Below, piece by piece: positions 1 to 7,070 of a stretch of 21,841 nt of DNA (its first letter is position 1; each line of letters opens with the position of its first letter). Location of the stretch: positions 1-21,841 of the forward strand of contig JBDRUX010000033.1 in the NCBI GenBank assembly GCA_039801565.1. Reading direction: 5' to 3'. This stretch comes from a candidate division WOR-3 bacterium (GTDB taxonomy: Bacteria; Hydrothermota; Tepidihabitantia; Tepidihabitantales; JAOUPE01). A program made the position numbers and the translations under genes. The notes under the pieces are model-generated. The model saw nothing but the letters and a program-made list of their open reading frames with translations, was not told the DNA's origin and searched no databases.

Positions 1-25
1 GTAATATTGTCCTAAATCGAAATAC

Positions 26-53
26 TTGACTTTAGACAAATTTTTAGTAAAGT
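26..53 (+). promoter_or_regulatory. Putative sigma70 promoter of the pdxJ-secDF-pgpA-cinA operon
   Basis: TTGACT (26-31), 16-nt spacer, TAAAGT (48-53); 11 nt separate it from the ATG at 65. Confidence 0.5.
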
Positions 54-64
54 GCTGGTTTAAG

Positions 65-802
65 ATGTTAAGTTTGACGAAGAAAAGGAAGTTATCGGTC
101 AATATTGACCACATTGCAACTTTACGCGAAGCGCGCAAGGAATTGTTTCCTGACCCTGTGCAGGCAGCGGTTTTAGCGGAATTGGGTGGCGCCGACGGTA
201 TTACGGTCCATTTACGCGGTGACCGTCGCCACATCAAGGAACGGGATGTATTTCTCTTGAAAGAAACCATCAAGACCGAATTGAATATTGAGATGGCATC
301 GACCAAAGAGATGACAGAAGTTGCACGTAAAGTCAAACCAACCACCGTCACCTTGGTACCAGAAAGACCCGATGAAATTACCACTCAAGGTGGGTTAGAT
401 TTAACAAAGAATTTAGCCAAGATTAAACCATTTGCCCAAAAGATTAAAGAGGCTGGGATAAGATTGAGCGTTTTCATCGAAGCTAATCCAAACCAAGTTG
501 AAAGCGCTTTAAAACTTGGTGCCGACCAAATCGAGATCAACACCGACCTTTATACAAAAGCCTTTAAAAACCCCAAAGTCCGACAAGAACAGTTGACCGC
601 AATCGGCTCTGCCGCCCAACTCGCAGTGCGCGAGGGTTTGATTGTTCATGCCGGACACGGTCTTGACTTTATCAATATTGCTGATATTCTGACCATAAAA
701 GAAATTACCGGGTTTTCAATCGGATTTGCCATTATTGCCCGGGCGGTTTTTGTTGGTTTACAGAGCGCGGTAGCGGAAATGAAAAGGATTATTGAGCAAT
801 GA
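65..802 (+). CDS. pdxJ: Pyridoxine 5'-phosphate synthase
   Basis: Motifs VNIDHIATLREAR, ITVHLRxDRRHI, LNIEM, TLVPE, HAGHGL. The ORF-track start at 26 is the TTG of the putative -35 box, so ATG 65 is preferred (TTG 74 also possible). Confidence 0.95.
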   Translation: MLSLTKKRKLSVNIDHIATLREARKELFPDPVQAAVLAELGGADGITVHLRGDRRHIKERDVFLLKETIKTELNIEMASTKEMTEVARKVKPTTVTLVPERPDEITTQGGLDLTKNLAKIKPFAQKIKEAGIRLSVFIEANPNQVESALKLGADQIEINTDLYTKAFKNPKVRQEQLTAIGSAAQLAVREGLIVHAGHGLDFINIADILTIKEITGFSIGFAIIARAVFVGLQSAVAEMKRIIEQ

Positions 803-2421
803 AAAATGTTCGAATAAAAATCGCCATTTTTATAATTGCCATCGGGGTTGGACTTTATTCATTGTATCCCACCTATCAACTTTACAAAGAAATTCCGACT
901 AAAGAGCAAGCCCTCCAAAGACAATTGGCGCGGGCTTTGACTCACGAAGAGAGTTTACGAATTAGTGTCGAACTCGCCGACCTGGAACAGGCAAAAGCTC
1001 GAATTCATAAGAAAGCACTCCATCTTGGTTTAGATTTAGTTGGTGGGATGCATCTGACCTTAGAGGTGGATAAATCAAAATTGACCAAAGAAGAAGCCCG
1101 AGACGCTGGTGACCGGGCATTAGGCGTAATTCAGAACCGGATTGACCAATTCGGCGTTTTCGAGCCGGTAATCCAAAAAATTGGTGCTGACCGAATTTTA
1201 ATCCAACTCCCAGGGGTTGACCGGACTCGAGCCAAAAATTTAATCGGTCAGACCGCACTCTTAGAATTCCGTTTGGTTCAAGAACTAAGACAAACCGATG
1301 AAATCTTAAAAAAGATTGATGACCATTATCGGCGATTGGCTGGCGAAGATACTTTAATCAAAGAACAGGGCAAATTTTTAGACTATATTCTAACCGTTGA
1401 CCGAACCGATTACGGCGTCGAAGAAGCTGATTATCCAACCTTTCAAAAGATGCTCACCGCGGTGGATACTTTAATCCCACCTGAATATGAATTTTTATTT
1501 GGTCCAAGCGAATCTTATCAAGGTCGGACTATCCGGCGACTTTATCTATTAAAGAAAGAACCGGAATTGACCGGTTCAGCGATTAGCGAAGCCCATGCTA
1601 GTCCTTATGGGGGCAGTGACCCCAATCTGGCTAACACTTGGATTGTTTCGCTCAAATTAGCCCGCAAGGATGCATCAAAGTTTGCCTCAGTTACTGGGCG
1701 TAATGTTGGCAAACGATTGGCAATTGTTCTGGACCGGGTTGTCCGGTCAGCACCAGTGGTGCGGGAACGAATACCAAGCGGTGAAGCAATGATAACAACC
1801 GGCGATGTGAATCCGGATAAGGCGAAAGATTTAGCAATTGTACTACGCTCAGGCGCTTTACCAGCCCCTGTGACAATAATCGAAGAGCGTTCAGTCGGAC
1901 CTTCGTTAGGTCATGATTCAATTCGTAAGGGAATCCAGGCGAGTCTCATCGGTTCAATTATTGTCTTTATCATCATGATTATGGTTTATAGTTGGTCAGG
2001 TGTTGTCGCCGATATTGGGTTATTCTTTAACATCTTCTTTCTTTTGGCAGTTTTGGCGGGTATCCGGGCAACCCTAACCTTAGGCGGACTAGCGGGAATC
2101 GCTTTAACCATCGGTATGTCAGTTGATGCTAATGTCTTGATTTTTGAACGGATTCGAGAAGAACTTCGCTGGGGTAAGACTGTGCGTGCCGCTATCGAAA
2201 ACGGTTACAAACGAGCATTCGTAACCATTATGGACTCCAACCTGACCACAATTTTGGCGGTCATCCCATTATACATCTGGGGCTCAGGCAGTATTAAAGG
2301 TTTTGCCACTACTTTAGTTATTGGTCTGGTAATAAACATCTTCACAGCGGTCTATCTCACTCGGGTCGTTTACGACTTCGCCTTAGCCCAGTTTGATATT
2401 AAACGCTTGAGGATTGGCTGA
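799..2421 (+). CDS. secD: Protein translocase subunit SecD
   Basis: LGLDLVGG, RIDQFGVFEP, LRSGALPAP, VGPSLG, GMSVDANVLIFERIREE, IMDSNLTT; ATGA overlap with the pdxJ stop. Confidence 0.97.
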   Translation: MKNVRIKIAIFIIAIGVGLYSLYPTYQLYKEIPTKEQALQRQLARALTHEESLRISVELADLEQAKARIHKKALHLGLDLVGGMHLTLEVDKSKLTKEEARDAGDRALGVIQNRIDQFGVFEPVIQKIGADRILIQLPGVDRTRAKNLIGQTALLEFRLVQELRQTDEILKKIDDHYRRLAGEDTLIKEQGKFLDYILTVDRTDYGVEEADYPTFQKMLTAVDTLIPPEYEFLFGPSESYQGRTIRRLYLLKKEPELTGSAISEAHASPYGGSDPNLANTWIVSLKLARKDASKFASVTGRNVGKRLAIVLDRVVRSAPVVRERIPSGEAMITTGDVNPDKAKDLAIVLRSGALPAPVTIIEERSVGPSLGHDSIRKGIQASLIGSIIVFIIMIMVYSWSGVVADIGLFFNIFFLLAVLAGIRATLTLGGLAGIALTIGMSVDANVLIFERIREELRWGKTVRAAIENGYKRAFVTIMDSNLTTILAVIPLYIWGSGSIKGFATTLVIGLVINIFTAVYLTRVVYDFALAQFDIKRLRIG

Positions 2422-3317
2422 TGCGGTTACTAACCAATGTCAATATTAATTTTATTCGGTTGCGCCGTTTTAGCTATATCATCTCTGGTGTCTTGATGGT
2501 AGCCAGTTTGATTTTGATTTTGATTAAAGGGATAAAATTTGGTGTTGATTTTACCGGTGGCACTCAACTTCAAGTTAAATTCAAGTATCCGATAAAGACT
2601 GAAGCATTGCGGAAAGCGCTAAGTAAAATTGGCCAAGCCGACGCTTCAATTCAATCGTTCGGCGGTAGCGACGAATTTTTAATTCGGGTTGAAACTGGTA
2701 GCAGTGAAAATTTTAGTCAACAGGTCTTGGCAATCCTTGCCCAGCATTTTCCAGAAAATCCGGTGGTTGGTCATAATGAAGAAACGGTCGGACCACGAAT
2801 TGGTCGGGAATTACGCGGCAAAGCTATCTTAGCGGTAATTGTCGGATTAATTTTAATTTTAATTTATATTACCATCCGTTTCGATTTTCGTTACGGCGTG
2901 GCTGCGGTCTTTGCCCTCTTCCATGATGTGATAATTGCCTTAGGTATCTTAGTGCTCTTTGGTCGAGAATTCACAATGCCAATCCTTGCCGCTTTTTTAA
3001 CCATTATCGGTTATGCAGTAAATGATACAATTGTGGTTTCGGACCGAATTCGGGAAGACACCCGAAAGATGCACAAAGAGCCTTATCCGATTGTTGTCAA
3101 CCAAGCGATTAATCGCACCCTTTCCCGGACCATTATCACCTCTTCGGTGATTTTAGTTTCAATCTGTCTTTGGATTTTCGGGGCACCGGCGATTCAAGAC
3201 TTTGCAATGATAATGACTTTTGGGATTCTTTTAGGCACCTACGCCTCAATCTTCATCGTTGCCCAACTGGTTGTGCAGTGGGAAGAATGGATGCCGAGTC
3301 GCCGGCGCCGGGCTTAG
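2421..3317 (+). CDS. secF: Protein translocase subunit SecF
   Basis: GVDFTGG, VGPRIGREL, ALFHDVI, GYAVNDTIVVSDRIRE, RTLSRTIITS; TGATG coupling to secD. Confidence 0.97.
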   Translation: MRLLTNVNINFIRLRRFSYIISGVLMVASLILILIKGIKFGVDFTGGTQLQVKFKYPIKTEALRKALSKIGQADASIQSFGGSDEFLIRVETGSSENFSQQVLAILAQHFPENPVVGHNEETVGPRIGRELRGKAILAVIVGLILILIYITIRFDFRYGVAAVFALFHDVIIALGILVLFGREFTMPILAAFLTIIGYAVNDTIVVSDRIREDTRKMHKEPYPIVVNQAINRTLSRTIITSSVILVSICLWIFGAPAIQDFAMIMTFGILLGTYASIFIVAQLVVQWEEWMPSRRRRA

Positions 3318-3799
3318 TCAGAGAAAATTCGGTAGTCGCTCGGCTCAAAGTTATCCTGGGTAGTGGTTTTGGTACGGGTTACATCCCATTCGCACCCGCA
3401 ACCTTTGCTTCCTTAATCACTATCCCGTTAATCTTTTGGTTAAATTCCTCACCACTTATTACCTATTTAATAACCACGATTGCCATTTTTTTAATTGGTC
3501 TCTTTATCGCTGAGGATTTAGAAAAAATCTGGGGCAAAGATGCCCATAAGATTACCATTGACGAAATAGTTGGAATGTTAATCACCTTCCTTGGGATTAA
3601 GTTACCCAATAGTTTGATTGCCAAGGGCGCGGTTCTTTTAACCGGTTTCTTTTTATTTCGCTTCTTTGATATTTTCAAATTACCTTTGATTAAAAAATCC
3701 CAAACAATAGCCGGAGGGCTCGGCGTGATGCTCGACGATTTATTATCAGCAATTATTGCCAATCTTGGTTTAAGGTTTTTAATGGTGATCTTCCTTTAA
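3287..3799 (+). CDS. pgpA: Phosphatidylglycerophosphatase A
   Basis: GFGTGYIPFAPATFASL, IDEIVG, FRFFDIFK, GGLGVMLDD. Start set at ATG 3287 (31-nt overlap with secF) because the ORF-track start 3170 lies deep inside secF. Confidence 0.9.
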   Translation: MDAESPAPGLVRENSVVARLKVILGSGFGTGYIPFAPATFASLITIPLIFWLNSSPLITYLITTIAIFLIGLFIAEDLEKIWGKDAHKITIDEIVGMLITFLGIKLPNSLIAKGAVLLTGFFLFRFFDIFKLPLIKKSQTIAGGLGVMLDDLLSAIIANLGLRFLMVIFL

Positions 3800-3804
3800 T
3801 TTTT

Positions 3805-5031
3805 ATGACTAATTGCGAAATTTTAATCGTTGGCAATAATATCATAACTGGCAGAATTCCGGATACCAATTCAAATTTTTTAGCGAAAAAACTTTTCGAA
3901 TTGGGCATAAATTTAGTTCGGATTACAACCATTAGCGATAACAAAGCAATAATTGAAGCAACCTTAAAAGAAGTACTAAGCCGTTCGGATTTGGTTTTCA
4001 TTGCCGGTGGGCTAGGTCCGACACCGGATGATAACACAGTAGCTGTCGCTGCCAAAATCTTCAACCAGCGTTTAATCTTAGATGAAAGTTTACTGGCACA
4101 AATTGAAAAGTATTATGCTAAAATTAATAAACCGATGCCCGAAGCCCAAACTCGCCAAGCCTTAGTACCGCAGGGAGCAATCGTTTTAGAAAATCCGGTC
4201 GGCACCGCTCCGGGATTAATTCTCAAACAAGCAAATAAAGTTCTTATTCTTTTACCTGGCAGTCCGACTGAATTAGAAAAGATTTTTTTAACCGGTGTTA
4301 TTCCCTACTTAGAGTCAACTTTCTCGTTAACTCCCCTTTATAGCAAAGTTATTCGGACTACTAATATCACTCAGGCGGAAATTTTTGAAAAGGTTGCTCG
4401 CTACTTTGTTCGGCACAAGGGGATTGAAATTACTTATTTAACTCAACCAACCGGTGTTGATATTGTCATCTGGACCGACCGCGATAAAAAACTGCTCACC
4501 GCTTGTGAAAAGGAAATTGTGGCGCGAGTAAAACCTTATGTTTATGGTTTTGATACTACAACAATCGAAGAAACCGTCGGACAAATCTTAAAAAAGAAAA
4601 ACTTAACTTTGGCAACTGCTGAATCTTGCACTGCTGGTTTAATTGCCGACCGGATTACTAATGTTCCAGGCAGCTCTGGATACTTCATCGGTGGCGTAGT
4701 AGCATACAGCAATGAAATAAAAAAGGCAATCTGCAGGGTACAACCTGAGACCTTAAAGAAATTTGGTGCGGTAAGTAAGGAAACCGCATTAGAGATGGCA
4801 ACTGGTATTAAGGAAAATTACAAAACCGATATTGGGCTTTCGGTCACCGGCATTTGTGGACCAACTGGTGGAACAAAGACCAAGCCGGTTGGTCTGGTTT
4901 ATTTGGGGATTGCCACCAAAAGTGATGCCAAGTATGAGGAGCGAATCTTTTTTGGTAACCGAAGGCTTATCAAAGAACAATCCGCAATGGCAGCCTTGGA
5001 TTTCTTAAGAAGAACCCTAGAATCAGGTTGA
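3805..5031 (+). CDS. cinA: CinA-like protein (COG1058/MoCF pyrophosphatase domain + PncC NMN deamidase domain)
   Basis: N-terminal GGLGPTPDDNT and NPVGTAPG; C-terminal ATAESCTAG, GAVSKETALEMA, SVTGICGPTGG, KPVGLVYLG; pgpA-cinA is a common gene pair. Confidence 0.95.
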   Translation: MTNCEILIVGNNIITGRIPDTNSNFLAKKLFELGINLVRITTISDNKAIIEATLKEVLSRSDLVFIAGGLGPTPDDNTVAVAAKIFNQRLILDESLLAQIEKYYAKINKPMPEAQTRQALVPQGAIVLENPVGTAPGLILKQANKVLILLPGSPTELEKIFLTGVIPYLESTFSLTPLYSKVIRTTNITQAEIFEKVARYFVRHKGIEITYLTQPTGVDIVIWTDRDKKLLTACEKEIVARVKPYVYGFDTTTIEETVGQILKKKNLTLATAESCTAGLIADRITNVPGSSGYFIGGVVAYSNEIKKAICRVQPETLKKFGAVSKETALEMATGIKENYKTDIGLSVTGICGPTGGTKTKPVGLVYLGIATKSDAKYEERIFFGNRRLIKEQSAMAALDFLRRTLESG

Positions 5032-5239
5032 AAATATAAACTAGGGCGATAATAGCATTCAATCACTCGAAAATTTAGCAGTATTCCTACCTCAACGGTT
5101 CTCAAGGGGTCTATCGTGATTTTGTTCACAAACGAAGTGAGATTAAAGGTGCCGTTCAAGCCTTTTGGCAAATCTGTAGGTGTTTAATTTTGAAGACCTT
5201 GGCTCTCGATTTTTTAGGACTTTATGCATAATTTTTTAA

Positions 5240-5742
5240 GGCTCTTAGCCATTTAGTGTGGAAGGAAAGGCAAAGCCTCATAACCCTTCAAACCACATTT
5301 TTAATCCGCCCCACCTCTTGGCGGACCTCAGGCGCTACGAGCTAAAATCCGTAAGATGCTAGTTGGAATAGTTCCGGATAACCATAAGCCATTCGCTTGT
5401 CTAACTTTATTTTGTTATTCCTCAGTAAAGCCATTGCTTCTTTTTGCCTTTTTTCGCCTGACGCTGAAGTACCGCCCGGGTAAAATCTAATGCATAATTC
5501 ACCATCCGCAGGATATGAAACTTATCCGCGATAATCATCGCATTAGGACATTCCGCCCGAATCGCATTGATATAACCTTTATTTGTGCCGCTTTGGGACA
5601 TTAAACTCATCAATGCCTATCTTCTTTGGATATGCAATAGCCCTGTTATTCACTACCTCTTGAGCATAACGATACCACAAACGCCGTAGGTTCGGTATTG
5701 GATGCCTTTCAAGTTTTCCACCACACTTTCTGGCCATGAGCC
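5240..5742 (-). mobile_element. Internally deleted, non-autonomous ISL3-family insertion sequence (503 bp)
   Basis: Imperfect terminal inverted repeats GGCTCTTAGCCATTTAGTGTGG (5240-5261) and reverse-complement GGCTCATGGCCAGAAAGTGTGG (5742-5721), 17/22 identical, with the GGCTC ends typical of ISL3; ISL3 transposase motifs inside; no target-site duplication visible. Confidence 0.88.
5328..5692 (-). pseudogene. ISL3 transposase pseudogene (fragments in several frames)
   Basis: Minus-strand fragments in the expected order: PKKIGIDEF..KRHK (IGIDEF at 5620-5603), PNAMIIADKFHI (DKFH at 5526-5515), SNGFTE then NNKIKLDKRMAYGY (5435-5378), then RNYSN and LRILARSA-stop (5328); frameshifts, stops and large deletions separate them. 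Confidence 0.88.
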
Positions 5743-5746
5743 AAAA

Positions 5747-5775
5747 AGGTTACTTAAAAGTAACGCAAAAATCAA
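5747..5775 (-). promoter_or_regulatory. Putative sigma70 promoter with overlapping palindromic operator, facing the IS end
   Basis: Minus strand TTGATT (5775-5770), 17 nt, TAACCT (5752-5747); palindrome GTTACTT-AA-AAGTAAC at 5749-5764. Confidence 0.35.
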
Positions 5776-5815
5776 GCCAAAATTTCTTTTAACTATTTGA
5801 TATTTAATTTCTTAT

Positions 5816-6085
5816 ATGAAATTTTGCTTTGGGAGGGGGTATCGTATAGGGGGTGACCCCGTAGGCTATCCCCTAAGCTACCCTGTAGGTTGCTTGGGGA
5901 GTTACCTCTGGAGTGGGTTGGGGGGCTGGTTGGGAAGCAGGTTGGGGAGCGGGTTCATAGGCGACCTCGGAAGCGACCCGGTAGGCAACTTGGGAAGTAA
6001 CCTGGGGAGCAACTCAGTAGGGAGCCCTGTAGGTCGCTTGGGAAGCAACTTCCGACACTGCCTCATTATTTTCACTAATTCCTAA
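5816..6085 (+). CDS. Doubtful ORF encoding xLGS/xPVG tetrapeptide repeats
   Basis: Open through the whole 12-bp array, but there is no Shine-Dalgarno and no convincing promoter; may be a by-product of the DNA repeat. Confidence 0.2.
   Translation: MKFCFGRGYRIGGDPVGYPLSYPVGCLGSYLWSGLGGWLGSRLGSGFIGDLGSDPVGNLGSNLGSNSVGSPVGRLGSNFRHCLIIFTNS
5851..6051. repeat. Degenerate 12-bp tandem repeat array (16 in-register units, 5855-6046) with junction dyad RRG-N3-CYY
   Basis: Units such as GACCCCGTAGGC, TACCCTGTAGGT, GACCTCGGAAGC, AACTTGGGAAGT, AACCTGGGGAGC, CGCTTGGGAAGC; no indels; 117/192 G+C (61%) by hand count, within AT-rich flanks. Confidence 0.85.
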
Positions 6086-6239
6086 AATCTATACCCTAAT
6101 TCCTGATTTGGGGATGCGTTGGGAATAGTTCGAATTTGTTCAATAGTTTAAATCGTTTCCGGTGGGCACCGGTCTTAAACCGCTATCCTTCTAATCACCG
6201 ATTTTCAGGCGTTTTAAAAGTTTTTAGAGTTTAACCCAA

Positions 6240-6878
6240 TTAAAATGACCGGGACTGGCGATAAAAGATTAACAGAATAATAATTCCGGCAACTATCAAT
6301 AAGGTGGTCAATAAAATTACACCGACCTGATTGAAATAAACAGTGATGAACGGTTTTCCCATAAAACTTTTGATTTTGGGCATTAAAAGAATCGTCCTTA
6401 TCATTTCCGGGATTGAAAAGACATCATTTTCCCCGATGACCAAAATGTATTTGCCTTGATTGTCGCTGTTATAAATCTGAATCAAATATTCACCTTTTTC
6501 CAAGGTCTCTTCATAAGATGGCCCTTTTAGATAATTGTTGCCGGTCAAACGGTCAAAAGCCTTCTCCCAGTCGTATTGCCCGCCATTTATCGTGATGGTT
6601 TTGTTTGGACCATAGATTTCGATACAAAAATCGGTCACTGCCTCCGAGTCATCAGGAACTAAGATATTAAGGTATAAGTCAAAGGTTTTATCCGATTTTA
6701 TCTTATAAAAGTCCGATTGGTCAACTAACTCACCATAAAATATTTGAGTAACTTCAGGATTTCTTATCACCTCGGCATTGACTAAACTGAGGACTTTGTC
6801 AAAGACCAACCTGGGCCGATAACCATAACCAGTTAGAAAACAAAATGAGATGATTAGGAATAATTTTGAATTTCTCAT
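6240..6878 (-). CDS. Uncharacterised exported protein with C-terminal membrane anchor (212 aa)
   Basis: Signal-peptide-like N-terminus MRNSKLFLIISFCFLTGYG; central domain rich in beta-strand-like segments (PEVTQIFYGEL, LYLNILVPD, YLKGP, GKYILVIGE); C-terminal hydrophobic helix followed by a basic tail; consensus promoter immediately upstream. Confidence 0.85.
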   Translation of the reverse strand: MRNSKLFLIISFCFLTGYGYRPRLVFDKVLSLVNAEVIRNPEVTQIFYGELVDQSDFYKIKSDKTFDLYLNILVPDDSEAVTDFCIEIYGPNKTITINGGQYDWEKAFDRLTGNNYLKGPSYEETLEKGEYLIQIYNSDNQGKYILVIGENDVFSIPEMIRTILLMPKIKSFMGKPFITVYFNQVGVILLTTLLIVAGIIILLIFYRQSRSF

Positions 6879-6887
6879 TTATCGGTC

Positions 6888-6915
6888 ATTATAAGAGCAG
6901 TTTTAAAGATGTCAA
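6888..6915 (-). promoter_or_regulatory. Consensus sigma70 promoter for the 212-aa gene
   Basis: Minus strand TTGACA (6915-6910), 16 nt, TATAAT (6893-6888); 9 nt between the -10 box and the ATG. Confidence 0.75.
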
Positions 6916-6982
6916 ATCATAATTAGGTTTTAGAGTATCAGCGTTTTTTTATTAAATTTTAACTTGCTTTAAAAAGTAATGA

Positions 6983-7011
6983 TTGACAGCGAATGAATTT
7001 TTTAGTATTCT
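6983..7011 (+). promoter_or_regulatory. Putative distal sigma70 promoter of the oxidative-stress operon
   Basis: TTGACA (6983-6988), 17 nt, TATTCT (7006-7011). Confidence 0.6.
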
Positions 7012-7034
7012 AAATAGTTTGCGTTGGATTTTTA

Positions 7035-7063
7035 TTGACGAGTCGAAGAGCAACGGACATAAT
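7035..7063 (+). promoter_or_regulatory. Putative proximal sigma70 promoter of the oxidative-stress operon (leaderless geometry)
   Basis: TTGACG (7035-7040), 17 nt, CATAAT (7058-7063); 7 nt then ATG 7071; no SD. Confidence 0.6.
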
Positions 7064-7070
7064 ATAATTT

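Noticed and set aside
4899..5171. 90-aa minus-strand ORF as an intact gene (FVNKITIDP loosely recalls serine-recombinase C-termini)
   Set aside because: TTG start without SD, half of it antisense to cinA, and the resemblance is too short to support a call.
5201..5222. Second GGCTCT as another ISL3 end
   Set aside because: Similarity to the inverted repeat stops after 6 bp and the AGTGTGG block is absent.
5855..6046. CRISPR array
   Set aside because: Units are 12 bp, contiguous and degenerate; there are no unique spacers and no cas genes in the window.
6159..6172. Hairpin CCGGT-GGGC-ACCGG as terminator of the 212-aa gene
   Set aside because: Short stem and no U-tract on the minus strand.
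6972..6988. Fur/PerR-type box (AGTAATGATTGAC) over the distal stress promoter
   Set aside because: Only the AAT-N-ATT core is symmetric, which is not distinguishable from AT-rich background.
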